64,000 nt of DNA from Gammaproteobacteria bacterium (GTDB lineage Bacteria; Pseudomonadota; Gammaproteobacteria; JBCCGL01): NCBI GenBank assembly GCA_965277715.1, contig OZ255836.1:1216001-1280000 (forward strand), written 5' to 3'. Made by a program: the position numbers and the translations under genes. Under the pieces are notes generated by a model. The model did not search any database, was not told the origin of the DNA, and was given only the letters and a program-made list of their open reading frames with translations. Below are positions 33,313-45,290 of the stretch, piece after piece (the first letter of the stretch is position 1; the number at the start of each line of letters is the position of its first letter).

Positions 33313-34520
33313 ATTTCGATACCCTGCAATTTGGCGATGGTGTTAATGTCTTTGTCACCCCGACCGGAGAGGTTGACGACAATGGACTGGTCTTTATCCA
33401 TACCCGGTGCCTCTTTCATCGCCTGGGCCACTGCATGGCTACTTTCCAGTGCGGGGATAATCCCTTCCAGGCGGGTGAGTTGGTGAAATGCATCGAGTGC
33501 CTCGTCATCGGTGATGGCGGTGTATTCGGCGCGCCCCTGGTCTTTTAACCAGGCGTGCTCCGGGCCGACACCGGGGTAATCCAGCCCGGCTGAAATAGAG
33601 TGCGTCTCGATGATTTGCCCTGCATTATTCTGCATTAGATAGGTGCGGTTACCGTGTAACACGCCCGGCGTGCCGGCGGTTAGCGGTGCGGCATGCCGCC
33701 CTGTTTCCACCCCATCGCCCCCTGCTTCGACCCCTAACATACGCACACCTGAATCACCGACGAACGGGTGGAACAGGCCCATCGCATTGGAGCCTCCCCC
33801 CACGCAGGCGATTAATAAATCGGGCAGGCGCCCGGTAATGTCCAGTGATTGCTGGCGTACTTCACGGCCAATCACCGAGTTGAAGTCACGCACCATCGTC
33901 GGGTAGGGGTCAGGCCCCGCGACAGTGCCAATGATGTAAAAGGTGTTATCGACATTGGTAACCCAGTCCCGCATCGCCTCATTCAGTGCATCTTTTAAGG
34001 TCTTTGAGCCAGAGGTTACCGGCACCACAGAAGCACCCAGTAAACGCATACGATAGACATTGGGTGATTGACGATGGATATCCTCCTCACCCATATACAC
34101 TACACACTCCATATCAAAGCGGGCGGCGACCGTGGCACTGGCGACGCCATGTTGCCCGGCACCGGTCTCGGCAATAATGCGTTTTTTACCCATGCGCTGC
34201 GCCAATAGTGCCTGGCCGATGGTATTGTTGATTTTATGTGCGCCAGTGTGATTGAGGTCCTCGCGTTTTAAATAGATTTGCGCACCGCCCAGTTTTTCAC
34301 TCAGGCGGCGTGCGTGATAAAGGGGGTTAGGCCGACCTACAAAGTGTTTTAACTCCCATTCAAAATCGTGTTTGAATTGTGGGTCATGCTGGTAACGTTT
34401 GTACGCTTCACGCAGCTCACTAACGGGTTCCATCAGGGTTTCAGCGATAAATACGCCGCCGTAACCGCCAAAGTAACCCCTTTCATCCGCCTGGCTAACC
34501 AGCCCCGTTTCACCGCTCAT
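33309..34520 (-). CDS. trpB: Tryptophan synthase beta chain
   Basis: [31 protein letters not shown]; start placed at the ATG overlapping the trpF end. Confidence 0.97.
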   Translation of the reverse strand: MSGETGLVSQADERGYFGGYGGVFIAETLMEPVSELREAYKRYQHDPQFKHDFEWELKHFVGRPNPLYHARRLSEKLGGAQIYLKREDLNHTGAHKINNTIGQALLAQRMGKKRIIAETGAGQHGVASATVAARFDMECVVYMGEEDIHRQSPNVYRMRLLGASVVPVTSGSKTLKDALNEAMRDWVTNVDNTFYIIGTVAGPDPYPTMVRDFNSVIGREVRQQSLDITGRLPDLLIACVGGGSNAMGLFHPFVGDSGVRMLGVEAGGDGVETGRHAAPLTAGTPGVLHGNRTYLMQNNAGQIIETHSISAGLDYPGVGPEHAWLKDQGRAEYTAITDDEALDAFHQLTRLEGIIPALESSHAVAQAMKEAPGMDKDQSIVVNLSGRGDKDINTIAKLQGIEI

Positions 34521-35163
34521 TGTGTTTTTGGTCGACAATGCGAACCTCCTCGACAAGTTTTTGCATGAGGGTGTAATCTTTCACACCCCGTTGTTTTTCA
34601 ACACCACTGCTCACATCGATAGCGTAAGGTTGTACAGTGCTTATTGCCTGTGCAACGTTTTGCGTATTGATACCACCCGCAAGGATGGTGGGCTTTTCAA
34701 TTGTAGGTACCTTTTGCCAATCAAATATTTTACCACTGCCCCCCGCTTTGCCGACACTGTTGCTATCGAGTAGAAAGCCGCGTGCCTGCGGGTGGTCGGC
34801 AACATAGGCAGCCACAGTCTTTATACCAATGCCTTTTTCACCACCCATCGGCACCGCTTTGATATAAGGCCGTGAGAAGCGGTTGCAAAAATCGGCATCT
34901 TCATTGCCGTGAAATTGTAAAAGGTCGATATCAAGCGCTTCCAGAACCGCAGCGACTTCATCGTACCCGGCATCCATAAATAAACCCGTTACGGTGACAA
35001 ACGGCGCCACTTCGGCCATTAGCCGCGTCGCTTGCGCGATGTTTACAGCCCGTGGGCTGTTGGGGTAAAACACCAGACCAATTGAATCAACGCCCAGTGC
35101 TGAAGCCCATTGAATTTCGACTTCCCGGGTTAAACCACAGATTTTGATACGGGTTCGTTTCAT
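34510..35163 (-). CDS. trpF: Phosphoribosylanthranilate isomerase
   Basis: IKICGLT, QFHG.E, GGSG..FDW, DVSSGVE. Confidence 0.96.
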   Translation of the reverse strand: MKRTRIKICGLTREVEIQWASALGVDSIGLVFYPNSPRAVNIAQATRLMAEVAPFVTVTGLFMDAGYDEVAAVLEALDIDLLQFHGNEDADFCNRFSRPYIKAVPMGGEKGIGIKTVAAYVADHPQARGFLLDSNSVGKAGGSGKIFDWQKVPTIEKPTILAGGINTQNVAQAISTVQPYAIDVSSGVEKQRGVKDYTLMQKLVEEVRIVDQKHNER

Positions 35164-35270
35164 CGAGGCAAAGCAGGCAGTTCAAGGGCATTAACCATAA
35201 CAGAATTTCGTCAATTTTTGTTGGGCCAATAGAGGGGGATGCCCACGTCGGTTCGAGGGCAAGGGCTTTT

Positions 35271-36065
35271 TTACAGCACACCGTTAGTAGACGGTGTGCC
35301 AGGTACATCCATCACCGGCACATTAAATACTTCAGGGTAAGTCGGCCCCATAAAGTACAGGCCATGGGCCGGGGCAGTCATGCCACCGCGTGTTCTGTCT
35401 CGGCTTTCCAATACCTGCCAAACCCAGTCGGGGGGCACTTCCCCCCTACCGACCTTTAGCAGTGTACCCACGATAATACGTACCATATTGTGTAAAAACG
35501 CATTGGCCATAATATCGATGTAGATAGACGTACCCTGACTACTAATCGCCAATTGCATAAGCTCCCGTACCGGGCTTTTTGCCTGGCATCCAGCCGCCCT
35601 AAAAGCACTGAAATCGTGTTTACCCAGCAGATAGCTGGCCGCTTTAGACATCGCACTGATATCCAGCGTTTGGTAAATCCACGTGGCACGCTTATCCCAT
35701 AGCGCAGAGCGCGCTTTGGCGTTTAGGATAATGTACCGATAACGACGGGAAAGCGCTGAGTAGCGGGCGTGAAAATCATCGCTGACCGGGCTGACCATCG
35801 TAACGGCAACATCGTGAGGTAGGGTGGTATTACTCCCCATCACCCAGGCTTTGATTGACCGGTTTGCGTTGCTATCAAAGTGAACAATCTGACCAAGCCC
35901 GTGCACGCCGGTATCAGTGCGGCCCGCGCAGACGACCGCTACCGGTTCATCGGCCACACGACTTAAGGCGGCTTCGAGCGTTGCCTGCACCGATCTATCG
36001 TGGGTTTGCCGCTGCCAACCGTGAAACGCTGAGCCGTTGTATTCTATTCTGGCAGCATATCGCAT
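35271..36065 (-). CDS. truA: tRNA pseudouridine(38-40) synthase
   Basis: FHGWQ, AGRTDTGVH, FHARYSA, FLHNMVR. Confidence 0.96.
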   Translation of the reverse strand: MRYAARIEYNGSAFHGWQRQTHDRSVQATLEAALSRVADEPVAVVCAGRTDTGVHGLGQIVHFDSNANRSIKAWVMGSNTTLPHDVAVTMVSPVSDDFHARYSALSRRYRYIILNAKARSALWDKRATWIYQTLDISAMSKAASYLLGKHDFSAFRAAGCQAKSPVRELMQLAISSQGTSIYIDIMANAFLHNMVRIIVGTLLKVGRGEVPPDWVWQVLESRDRTRGGMTAPAHGLYFMGPTYPEVFNVPVMDVPGTPSTNGVL

Positions 36066-36143
36066 AGTGTTTAAACATAATAAGGCGCCATACGGCACCT
36101 CATAACAACGGTGGGTATTCGAGGTAAGCGCAGGGAAATTTAT

Positions 36144-39125
36144 TTACGACAACTGTTTCAGCAATGCCTTCGCTTCTGCTTTTTGCTCGTCATTACCCGC
36201 AGTCACAATTTCATCCAAGGCACTGGCAGCACTTTCAGTATCACCCATATCGATATAGGCCTTTGCCAGATCAAGCATAGTATCGACCTCACCCAGATCA
36301 TCAAGGCCAAATTCGTCATCCAGTATATTGGCCGTGCTGTCGATGGTGGAATCAAATTCCTGGCTAAGCTCCATTGTGTCATCGAGCCCAACAGTTGAAG
36401 CGCCGACCACTAGCTCATCGTTTTCTACACTGAGAATATCCTGCTCGATATTGGCGTCAGATACATCGCCAACATCAAACGCCTCTATGCTGACAGGTAT
36501 TTCGGCTTCGGCACCAAGTTGCTCCAATTCGATTGGCATATCCATCGAATCAGCCAGTTTTTCACTGGCTTTGGCTTCATCCCTGCTATCGTCAATATCA
36601 AAGCTTTCAAGCTCAATCTCCATATCACTGTCAAAATCGAGCACAGCCGGTTCGCCAGCACCCGTTTGGGTTATCTCGTCGAAGGCATCCATATTGTCAA
36701 TGCCAAACTCCACCAGATCCTCATTGACTGGCTCACTCTCGACATCTTCCAACACATTTTCCATAAAATTGTCTTCATCCAGTGAGTCGAAAGCCGCACT
36801 ATTATCCGCGTCATCGTCATAATCAGGGATATCGGTATCGGAGAATTCAATATCACCAATGGTGTCCTCTGTTGGCGGTTCCTCTACATCGCCTAGCCCG
36901 GTGGTGGCCGCCAATTCTGGTGAACGGTTTTTCACCGGTGGGGACGTATCGAAATCCAATGCCGATTCAGCACTGGTGCGTTGCCCGTCTCCACCAAACA
37001 AAGGATTTTCAGGCGCAAGTTCACTACCCATAGAGGCAATGCGACTCCAGGTATCTGGGTCAGTACTGGCCGTTAACTGATGAACACGCTCTGCCGCATC
37101 GACAAACGAATCCTTGTTTTTAGCCGCATAATAGGTTTCAGCTAATTTAACCTGGTAGTCAACCTTATCCGGGTTGTTTTTAATCGCCGATTTCAATAGA
37201 TCTTCAGCCTGGCTGAATAAGCCATAGGCAAGATAAACATCTGATTCTGCAATAGTGTCATCCTTTGCAGCCTCAGGCGACTTTGCCTGTGATTGAGTAT
37301 CGCCCGACAAATCAGTCGGCGGCTCACTTTCGGCTTGATTTTCAATAATGACTGTACTGATACTATCGAGTTCTTCGTCTCTGATATTAGGTACTACAGG
37401 AATACCTGGTTCAGTATCAATATCTTCAAACAAACTTGAATCTACGGCATCAACACCCTCATCGACTAAATCCACCTGGTCGTTATCGAGTAAAAAATCC
37501 TGATCATCTTCAAAATTCGCTGCGATGTCGTCGTCACTATCATCATTATCTGCCAGATTACCTGCCAGAATTGAAGCGCCAATATCGAGTTCATCATCAT
37601 CGTCCCGATTGAGATCCAGCTCTTCATCTTCATCCTCGTTCTGCCTGTGTCGACGCACCAGCATAAAAATAACCGCCAACAACAGTACCAGGACACCGGC
37701 GCCTATCAGCAAAAATATCGGTGATCCCAATAATTTATCCACAAAAGATTTTGTTGGCGGTAAAGGTGTTATCGGCGTCGAAGAGGGGGTAACGGGCTGT
37801 GGTTCAGGTATTGTTACCGGCTCCGTTGGAAGACTGGATGGCGCCGTTTCTGTCACAACAGGCGCACCCACCTGCGCTGCTTTATCATCGGCCAGCTTAT
37901 TTTGTAATTCAGCCAGTTCTGATTCACGCAATGTAATTAAACGTTCCATTTTAGACACTGTCTGCTCCAGGCTGCTAACCCGCGACTGCAATTCCTCATT
38001 GAGAAGTTTTTCCGCTTCCACTTCTTCATTTGCCAGTGATAACTGTGTTTGCAGACCTATCAGTTCAGTGGCTGATTCCGCCGAGGCTGCGACACCAGCA
38101 GCCTGTGTGGCTGCGCTCTGCTCAGCGAGAAGTTTTAATTCGTCACTATTATCGATGACCGGATTGGCAATGGTCGGTTGCTGCACCGGTTCGACACGCG
38201 GTTCCGTTTGCTCGCTTTGCTGTGTAGCCCGATTTGTAAGTCGGCTCTGTACACTTTCGCGGTAGGTATTCCACAGGGCCGTCTGTTGCTTAACAAGCTT
38301 AATCGCCTCCGCCCTGGTGACAGTTGTTGTATCACCCTGGGGAATGCGCAAAATAGCGCCCTTGCGCAACAAATTGATATTGTCTCTCAAAAACGCATCG
38401 GGGTTGGCACGTGAAATGGCGATCACCATTTGTTGCACCGACATCCAACTGGGTTTGGAACGTTGGGCGATGGACCACAGCGTTTCGCCTTGCTTAACCG
38501 GCCCATACTCTCTAACAGCAACAGCAGGCGCAACTGGCACGGCAACCGGTTGTTTGGTAACAGCAGGTTTGGCTGCTTGCGACCCTGCAGTCTGCGCCAA
38601 TGATGCCGCCTGAGGCTGAGGTTCAGGCACAAACACAGGTTCACTCGGTGGTTTAGCGGGCTCCTCTGGTATTTCAAGCGCTTCGACAACCGGGGCTTGT
38701 GGCGCTTCACCCGATTGTGCCTGTTGTGTCATAAACACGGGGGGATCCAGTAGTAGTGTGTACTCCCGCACCAGGCGACCACGCGGCCAGCCCACCTCCA
38801 CCAGGAAATTCAGAAAGGGTTCAACAATGGGCTTGCTGCTGGTAACAGCAATATAGGATGCGCCATTCTCATGGGTGCGCACAGTAAAGCGCAATTGTCG
38901 CAGTATTGCTGGCCGATCTATACCCGCACGCAAAAAGGCATCTTCCGATGCCAGTTTAGCGACCATGTCATTGGTTTCACCCTCACGCACAGACAGGAGC
39001 TTAATCTCCGCACGCAACGGTTGATTGAGAGCGGATGATATTTCAATCTCCCCCAGCCCAAATGCATAGGCCCAGCCCGACGCCAATGTCAGGGTAAACA
39101 GTGTAGCCGCTAGTATATTGCGCAC
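36144..39125 (-). CDS. fimV: Polar landmark protein FimV/HubP
   Basis: GLGEIEISSALNQPL, REYTLLLDPP, LysM, TM, acidic region, C-terminal LDLAKAYIDMGD; between asd and truA. Confidence 0.93.
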   Translation of the reverse strand: MRNILAATLFTLTLASGWAYAFGLGEIEISSALNQPLRAEIKLLSVREGETNDMVAKLASEDAFLRAGIDRPAILRQLRFTVRTHENGASYIAVTSSKPIVEPFLNFLVEVGWPRGRLVREYTLLLDPPVFMTQQAQSGEAPQAPVVEALEIPEEPAKPPSEPVFVPEPQPQAASLAQTAGSQAAKPAVTKQPVAVPVAPAVAVREYGPVKQGETLWSIAQRSKPSWMSVQQMVIAISRANPDAFLRDNINLLRKGAILRIPQGDTTTVTRAEAIKLVKQQTALWNTYRESVQSRLTNRATQQSEQTEPRVEPVQQPTIANPVIDNSDELKLLAEQSAATQAAGVAASAESATELIGLQTQLSLANEEVEAEKLLNEELQSRVSSLEQTVSKMERLITLRESELAELQNKLADDKAAQVGAPVVTETAPSSLPTEPVTIPEPQPVTPSSTPITPLPPTKSFVDKLLGSPIFLLIGAGVLVLLLAVIFMLVRRHRQNEDEDEELDLNRDDDDELDIGASILAGNLADNDDSDDDIAANFEDDQDFLLDNDQVDLVDEGVDAVDSSLFEDIDTEPGIPVVPNIRDEELDSISTVIIENQAESEPPTDLSGDTQSQAKSPEAAKDDTIAESDVYLAYGLFSQAEDLLKSAIKNNPDKVDYQVKLAETYYAAKNKDSFVDAAERVHQLTASTDPDTWSRIASMGSELAPENPLFGGDGQRTSAESALDFDTSPPVKNRSPELAATTGLGDVEEPPTEDTIGDIEFSDTDIPDYDDDADNSAAFDSLDEDNFMENVLEDVESEPVNEDLVEFGIDNMDAFDEITQTGAGEPAVLDFDSDMEIELESFDIDDSRDEAKASEKLADSMDMPIELEQLGAEAEIPVSIEAFDVGDVSDANIEQDILSVENDELVVGASTVGLDDTMELSQEFDSTIDSTANILDDEFGLDDLGEVDTMLDLAKAYIDMGDTESAASALDEIVTAGNDEQKAEAKALLKQLS

Positions 39126-39345
39126 GTTTTCTTACGCTCTCTCAGATTATTATCCACAGGTATTGCGCCATTACAGGTTATTGTTGCTATTAGAGCCTGG
39201 AAAAAGGCATGTGTACACCCAAAATCCCCAGACCTTTAAATATATCACTATTTGGCAATTATTCCTTTTCAACCAGTGACATGTGTATCTTTTTGTAGAA
39301 TATACTTTAAAGAAGTAACTTTAACAATCTGTAGATAACTATAGG

Positions 39346-40368
39346 TTATATATGTTCTTTTATCAAAACCTCTGCGATTTGGATGCTGTTGAGTGCTGCA
39401 CCTTTCCTGACATTGTCAGATACCACCCACATATTGAGACCGGTTGGGTGCGAGATATCCTCACGAATACGCCCTACAAACACCGGGTCTGAGTCTGCCG
39501 CTTCAGTCACTGCAGTGGGGTAACCGCCCTCTTTTCGTTCATCCATAACGACCACCCCATCGGTTTTTTCGAGCAATTCACGTGCCGCCTCTGCACTGAT
39601 TTTTTCCCGTGTTTCAATATGCACGGCCTCTGAGTGCCCATAGAATACAGGGATTCGCACACAGGTTGGGTTAACAGTAATCGTATCGTCTTCAAATATC
39701 TTGCGGGTTTCCCACACCATTTTCATCTCTTCTTTGGTATAGCCATTTTCCTGGAAAGTGTCTATGTGTGGCAAAGCATTAAAGGCAATTTGCTTAGGGT
39801 AGACATCACACGCTATCGGTTTGCCATTGAGTAATTTGGCTGTTTGCCCCGCCAGCTCTTCGATAGCCTCCTTTCCTGTGCCCGATACCGCCTGGTAGGT
39901 ACTGACGTTAATCCGCTGGATACCGACAGCATCGTAAATGGGCTTCAATGCCACGAGCATTTGAATGGTCGAGCAATTGGGGTTGGCAATGATACCTGTA
40001 TTGCTGTACTGCGCGATAGCATGGGGGTTAACCTCTGGCACAACGAGCGGTTTATCATCGTCGTAGCGAAATTGTGAGGTGTTATCAATGACCACACAAC
40101 CCGCCGCCGCTGCTTTTGGCGCATACACCGCAGAAATAGAAGCACCCGCTGAGAACAAACCAATCTGCACCTGGCTAAAATCGAAATCAGCCAGATTCTG
40201 TATAGTGAGTTGGGTATCGCCAAATGCAACACGCTTGCCTACAGAGCGCTCGCTGGCCAATGCATAGACCTTGTTCACCGGAAATTGACGCTGCGCGAGG
40301 ATGGATAACATCGCATCGCCCACCGCGCCAGTAGCGCCGACCACCGCTACATCGTATCGCTTACTCAT
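39346..40368 (-). CDS. asd: Aspartate-semialdehyde dehydrogenase
   Basis: GATGAVG, IANPNCST, DNVRKGAALN. Confidence 0.97.
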   Translation of the reverse strand: MSKRYDVAVVGATGAVGDAMLSILAQRQFPVNKVYALASERSVGKRVAFGDTQLTIQNLADFDFSQVQIGLFSAGASISAVYAPKAAAAGCVVIDNTSQFRYDDDKPLVVPEVNPHAIAQYSNTGIIANPNCSTIQMLVALKPIYDAVGIQRINVSTYQAVSGTGKEAIEELAGQTAKLLNGKPIACDVYPKQIAFNALPHIDTFQENGYTKEEMKMVWETRKIFEDDTITVNPTCVRIPVFYGHSEAVHIETREKISAEAARELLEKTDGVVVMDERKEGGYPTAVTEAADSDPVFVGRIREDISHPTGLNMWVVSDNVRKGAALNSIQIAEVLIKEHI

Positions 40369-40409
40369 AACTTCTCTCTACCTTCTTACCTATTTTTGAA
40401 AACATTGGT

Positions 40410-41489
40410 TTATCTATTTTTTAACGCGTCGAGTATGGCATCACCCATTTCAACCGTTGTCGTCTTTTGTGCCCCATTACTTAAGTCCGCTGTGCGCAGG
40501 CCACTGTCCAGTACATCGCCAACAGCCGATTCAATACGGCCTGCCAATTCAGGGGTGTCCAACGAATAGCGCAGCATCATTGCCACTGACAAAATAGTCG
40601 CCAGCGGGTTAGCCATACCTGTTCCGGCAATATCCGGTGCAGAGCCATGTATGGGTTCGTACATGCCCTGCCCCTGGCTGTTTAGCGATGCAGACGGCAA
40701 CATACCGATCGAGCCGGTTAACATCGCCGCTGCATCAGACAGAATATCGCCAAACATATTGGTAGTCACCAGCACATCAAATTGCTTGGGTGCGCGCACC
40801 AACTGCATGGCGGCGTTGTCGACGTACATATGCGAGAGGGTTACCTCTGGGTAGTCTTTTGCCACTGTTTCCATAACATCACGCCACAACTCCGAGACTT
40901 CCAGCACATTCATTTTATCGACCGAGCAAACGCGCCGATCCCGTTTCATGGCAATATCAAACGCACTGCGGCCAATGCGGTCGATTTCAGATTCGGTGTA
41001 GGCCATTGTGTTGAAACCACGGCGCTGCCCATCGGCAAGTGTTTCAATGCCGCGTGGCTGACCAAAGTAAATGCCGCCCGTCAGTTCGCGAACAAACATA
41101 ATATCCAAGTCGGCTACCAGCTCTGTTTTCAGTGAGGAGGCGTCGGCCAGTTGTGAGTACAACATCGCCGGGCGAAGGTTGGAAAACAGGTCCATTGCAG
41201 AACGCAAACCCAGCAGCGCACGCTCCGGGCGCAGTTCACGCGGTAGACTATCGTATTGTGGCCCACCGACAGCGCCGAGTAAGATCGCATCCGATGCCTG
41301 GCACAGCGCCAGAGTATCATCGGGTAACGATTTGCCCGAGGCATCGTAACCGGCACCACCGAAAGGTGCCTCGCTCAGTACCGCATCGAAACCAAAATCA
41401 GTTTGCAAACACTCTATAACCCGAACGGCTTCGGCGATAATTTCAGGGCCGATGCCATCACCGGGTAGTATGGCAATTTTTTTTGTCAT
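40410..41489 (-). CDS. leuB: 3-isopropylmalate dehydrogenase
   Basis: [39 protein letters not shown]. Confidence 0.98.
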   Translation of the reverse strand: MTKKIAILPGDGIGPEIIAEAVRVIECLQTDFGFDAVLSEAPFGGAGYDASGKSLPDDTLALCQASDAILLGAVGGPQYDSLPRELRPERALLGLRSAMDLFSNLRPAMLYSQLADASSLKTELVADLDIMFVRELTGGIYFGQPRGIETLADGQRRGFNTMAYTESEIDRIGRSAFDIAMKRDRRVCSVDKMNVLEVSELWRDVMETVAKDYPEVTLSHMYVDNAAMQLVRAPKQFDVLVTTNMFGDILSDAAAMLTGSIGMLPSASLNSQGQGMYEPIHGSAPDIAGTGMANPLATILSVAMMLRYSLDTPELAGRIESAVGDVLDSGLRTADLSNGAQKTTTVEMGDAILDALKNR

Positions 41490-41538
41490 TCTGGTCTCCA
41501 GATACTATTTAAAAAGCAGTGAATACAACCCAAAGGCT

Positions 41539-42213
41539 TCACATCGGTTGGCATTGCTCAGCCGCTGCCACCCATTCACGCACAAATGGCGACGCCAACT
41601 GTGCATCGACATAGCGTTTTGATTGGGTTTCGAGGGTGATGGCATAGCCGTAAAAACGCATAGCCATCGGTGCAAAAAAAGCATCGGCAATTGACCATTG
41701 GGAAAATAGCCACGGCGAATCGCCTTCACGGTTTGCCAGGCACCCTGACCAACAGGCCTGTACACGCGCAATTTGCTTAAGGCAGTCTTCAGACAACGCA
41801 ATGGCTTCAGGTGAGCGCCGACAGTCCATCGGCATCTCAGTGCGAATCATTTCAAACCCCGCGTGCATTTCTGCACACAGGGCGCGGGCATGAGCGCGCT
41901 GGTGCTGCGCAGCAGGCCACAGCGATGGGTGTTGTTCGGCGAGGTATTCGACTATGGCCAAAGAATCGCGCACAGGCAAATCCCCATCGAGCAATACCGG
42001 CACTGTTTCTGCACCCGAGACAGCGCGCAATAACACAGCACCCTCACGCTGAAATATAGGCATGTGCACTGTTTCAAACGCCACATCAATATGCTTTAAA
42101 CACAACCAGACTCGCATCGACCAGGTGGAGTTGTACAGATTATCGATATACAGTGTCAGCTTACCGGATTGATCTACCACACCCCCCGGTGGGTTTACAC
42201 AAGATGCATTCAT
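41539..42213 (-). CDS. Glutathione S-transferase family protein
   Basis: NSTWSMRVWL, VPVL, DSLAIVEYLAE, AEMHAGF, SIADAFFAP. Confidence 0.88.
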   Translation of the reverse strand: MNASCVNPPGGVVDQSGKLTLYIDNLYNSTWSMRVWLCLKHIDVAFETVHMPIFQREGAVLLRAVSGAETVPVLLDGDLPVRDSLAIVEYLAEQHPSLWPAAQHQRAHARALCAEMHAGFEMIRTEMPMDCRRSPEAIALSEDCLKQIARVQACWSGCLANREGDSPWLFSQWSIADAFFAPMAMRFYGYAITLETQSKRYVDAQLASPFVREWVAAAEQCQPM

Positions 42214-42852
42214 CTAAGCAAACAACCAGGGGCTTTGTGCGCGGCGTTGTTCTTCATACGCCCGGATCTCATCGGCATGTTGCAAGGTCAGGCCAATATC
42301 ATCCAGGCCTTGTAACAGGCATTTTTTGCGAAACGTGTCGACATCAAACGAAAAACGCTCACCTTCAGGAGTGTTTATCAATTGCCCGTCCAAATCAATT
42401 TCGAGTTGGTAGCCGGGTTGATTCAGTGTGGCTTGCATCAGGCGTTCGACGGTGGTTTCATCGAGCACGATGGGTAACACACCGCTTTTGAAGCAGTTAT
42501 TAAAGAAAATATCGGCAAAGCTGGGGGCGATCACAACACGAAACCCAAAGTCATCCAGCGCCCAGACCGCATGCTCACGTGACGAGCCACAACCAAAATT
42601 TTCCCGCGCCAGTAAAATAGTCGTGCCCGTATAACGCGGCTGATTGAGGACAAAATCCGGGTTTGGCCGACGGCCACTGTGATCCATACCCGGCTCACCC
42701 GGATCGAGGTATCGCCAGTCGTCAAATAAGGTAACCCCAAAACCACTGCGCTTGATTGATTTGAGGTATTGCTTGGGGATGATCGCATCGGTATCGACAT
42801 TGGCACGGTCCATCGGTGCAACCAGGCCAGATAGTTTGCTAAATTTTCGCAT
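42214..42852 (-). CDS. leuD: 3-isopropylmalate dehydratase small subunit
   Basis: [27 protein letters not shown]. Confidence 0.98.
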   Translation of the reverse strand: MRKFSKLSGLVAPMDRANVDTDAIIPKQYLKSIKRSGFGVTLFDDWRYLDPGEPGMDHSGRRPNPDFVLNQPRYTGTTILLARENFGCGSSREHAVWALDDFGFRVVIAPSFADIFFNNCFKSGVLPIVLDETTVERLMQATLNQPGYQLEIDLDGQLINTPEGERFSFDVDTFRKKCLLQGLDDIGLTLQHADEIRAYEEQRRAQSPWLFA

Positions 42853-42864
42853 GGTTCAGTACCT

Positions 42865-44268
42865 TCAATAATCGCGTGCGTCGACGAAGTGGCCCGCCAG
42901 TGCGGCGGCGGCGGCCATCGCCGGGCTGACCAGGTGAGTGCGCCCACCCTGCCCCTGTCGGCCTTCAAAATTGCGATTGGATGTAGACGCACAACGCTCA
43001 CCTGGCGCCAACCTGTCGGCATTCATGGCCAGGCACATCGAGCAACCTGGTTCACGCCATTCAAAGCCCGCCGCCAGGAACACCTTATCCAGCCCCTCCT
43101 CTTCCGCCTGGCGCTTGACCAGACCCGAACCCGGCACCACCATTGCCAGGGCAACCGACTCTGCCACCTTGCGCCCTTTTATCACTTCAGCAGCAGCGCG
43201 CATATCTTCAATACGCGAGTTGGTACAGGAGCCAATAAAGACCTTATCGATGGCAATATCAGTGATGTTAATCCCGCTCGACAAACCCATATACGCCAGT
43301 GCCTTTTGCATACCATCGGCCTGGGTATCGTTGGCTGCATGCAGTGGGTCTGGCACCTGGCTATCGATACCTACCACCATTTCGGGCGACGTACCCCAGG
43401 TCACCTGCGGTACAATCGATTGCGCATTGAGGTGCACTACCTTATCGAATTCGGCACCGTCATCACTGCGTAAGTTGCGCCACTGGTCGAGCGCCGCATC
43501 GCGGTGTTCCGCGCCTGGTGCGTAGGGGCGACCAGTAAGGTAATCGATGGTTGTTTCATCGACGGCGACCATCCCGGCCCGTGCGCCAGCCTCAATGGCC
43601 ATATTGCAGAGTGTCATACGGCCTTCCATTGATAGTGCACGGATCGCCTCACCACCAAATTCAACCGCATAGCCTGTACCACCGGCAGTGCCGATCTCGC
43701 CAATAATAGCGAGGGCGATGTCTTTTGCAGTAACCCCTGCCCCCACATCACCATCGACACTGACCAACATATTTTTGGATTTCTTTTGAATCAGGCACTG
43801 CGTCGCCATTACATGTTCGACTTCTGAGGTGCCAATACCAAATGCCAGCGCACCAAACGCACCGTGCGTAGCGGTATGGGAGTCACCGCAGACCACTGTC
43901 ATGCCCGGTAGGGTTGCGCCCTGCTCAGGACCAATAATATGCACAATACCGCGACGCACATCCCCCATATCAAATAAAGTCACCCCTTGCTCGTGGCAGT
44001 TTTTTTGCAGCGTTTCAACCTGAACGCGTGACACTGGATCCGCAATACCCTCTTCAAGGCGGGTTGTCGGTGTATTGTGATCGGGAACGGCCAGCATGGA
44101 GCCAGTGCGCCACAGCGATCGCCCGGCGATCTGCAAGCCTTCAAAAGCTTGCGGCGAGGTTACTTCGTGCACCAGGTGGCGGTCGATATACAGCAGTGCA
44201 GTGCCATCATCTTCGCTGCGCACCACATGGGCATCCCACAATTTATCGTAGAGTGTTTTAGCAGCCAT
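42865..44268 (-). CDS. leuC: 3-isopropylmalate dehydratase large subunit
   Basis: [32 protein letters not shown]. Confidence 0.98.
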   Translation of the reverse strand: MAAKTLYDKLWDAHVVRSEDDGTALLYIDRHLVHEVTSPQAFEGLQIAGRSLWRTGSMLAVPDHNTPTTRLEEGIADPVSRVQVETLQKNCHEQGVTLFDMGDVRRGIVHIIGPEQGATLPGMTVVCGDSHTATHGAFGALAFGIGTSEVEHVMATQCLIQKKSKNMLVSVDGDVGAGVTAKDIALAIIGEIGTAGGTGYAVEFGGEAIRALSMEGRMTLCNMAIEAGARAGMVAVDETTIDYLTGRPYAPGAEHRDAALDQWRNLRSDDGAEFDKVVHLNAQSIVPQVTWGTSPEMVVGIDSQVPDPLHAANDTQADGMQKALAYMGLSSGINITDIAIDKVFIGSCTNSRIEDMRAAAEVIKGRKVAESVALAMVVPGSGLVKRQAEEEGLDKVFLAAGFEWREPGCSMCLAMNADRLAPGERCASTSNRNFEGRQGQGGRTHLVSPAMAAAAALAGHFVDARDY

Positions 44269-44348
44269 CGATTGTTCCAAAGGTTTTAAGTGGCGGCATA
44301 GTAGCGCCAGGTTATTCATAACTCAAATGCATTATTTTCATATAAAAT

Positions 44349-44363
44349 ATTCCAATCAAGAAT
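44349..44363. promoter_or_regulatory. LTTR box ATTC-N7-GAAT (T-N11-A) between leuC and the divergent LysR gene
   Basis: ATTCCAATCAAGAAT dyad at a typical autoregulatory position. Confidence 0.55.
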
Positions 44364-44381
44364 AATGAGTAATGCCATTGT

Positions 44382-45239
44382 ATGGATATTAATAACTTAC
44401 ACGCATTTATCGCGATTGCCGAAATGCAATCCTTTTCCCATGCCGCCGAGCGTCTGTTTATTACTCAACCGGCAATAAGCAAGCGAATTGCCGCATTGGA
44501 ATCCGTTTTAAACGCACGCCTGTTTCACCGCAGTGGTCGACGCGTCCAGCTAACCGAGGCCGGCGAAGCACTGATTCCCTCCGCACAGCGTATTGTCGAC
44601 GAGTTTACACACAGCAAAGCACTGATTTCCCGGCTCGATGGCGCCGTTGGCGGGTGTTTACGTATCGGCACCAGCCACCATATTGGCTTACACCGGCTGC
44701 CCCCTGTACTGAGTGATTACACCACCCGTTATCCCGCAGTGGAGCTGGATATTCACTTTATGGATTCAGAGGAAGCCTGCGCCGCCGTCGATAAAGGAGA
44801 GCTGGAGTTGGCGGTGGCAACCCTCCCGGAAACACCGTTTCCCCATTTACAAACAAAAATGATTTGGCTCGATTCGCTGGATTTTGTGGTTGGACCTGCT
44901 CACCCATTGGCTAATGGGGTCGCACTTGATGTGGCCAGCCTGGCACAGCACCGCGCCATTATGCCTGCGCGTGGCACCGTCACCCGTGAAATTCTCGATA
45001 AAGCGTTGCTGCCCTATAAATTGCGCTTACAGGTAAAAATGGAAACTAACTATCTGGAGACGATCAAGATGATGGTCTCTGTTGGTTTGGGTTGGAGTTT
45101 ACTGCCGCACAGTATGGCTGAAGGTTTGGTGCGTCTCCCGGTTAAGCAACTCAAGCTGCAACGCCGCCTCGGCATCGCCTGGGAGCGGAAGCGTACTTTG
45201 TCGAATGCGGCACGCAGTTTTATTACGTGTTGTCAGTGA
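44382..45239 (+). CDS. LysR-family regulator divergent from leuC
   Basis: SFSHAAERLFITQPAISKRI HTH; substrate-binding domain. Confidence 0.93.
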   Translation: MDINNLHAFIAIAEMQSFSHAAERLFITQPAISKRIAALESVLNARLFHRSGRRVQLTEAGEALIPSAQRIVDEFTHSKALISRLDGAVGGCLRIGTSHHIGLHRLPPVLSDYTTRYPAVELDIHFMDSEEACAAVDKGELELAVATLPETPFPHLQTKMIWLDSLDFVVGPAHPLANGVALDVASLAQHRAIMPARGTVTREILDKALLPYKLRLQVKMETNYLETIKMMVSVGLGWSLLPHSMAEGLVRLPVKQLKLQRRLGIAWERKRTLSNAARSFITCCQ

Positions 45240-45290
45240 TTAATCTGATACATCGTCAATAATAACTTGCACTGTTTCTGTTTTTATAAA

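Noticed and set aside
36144-37700. Very acidic low-complexity region and the Ser-rich antisense ORFs (36328-36822, 37525-38265)
   Set aside because: Normal FimV cytoplasmic region; the antisense ORFs are shadows of Asp/Glu codons
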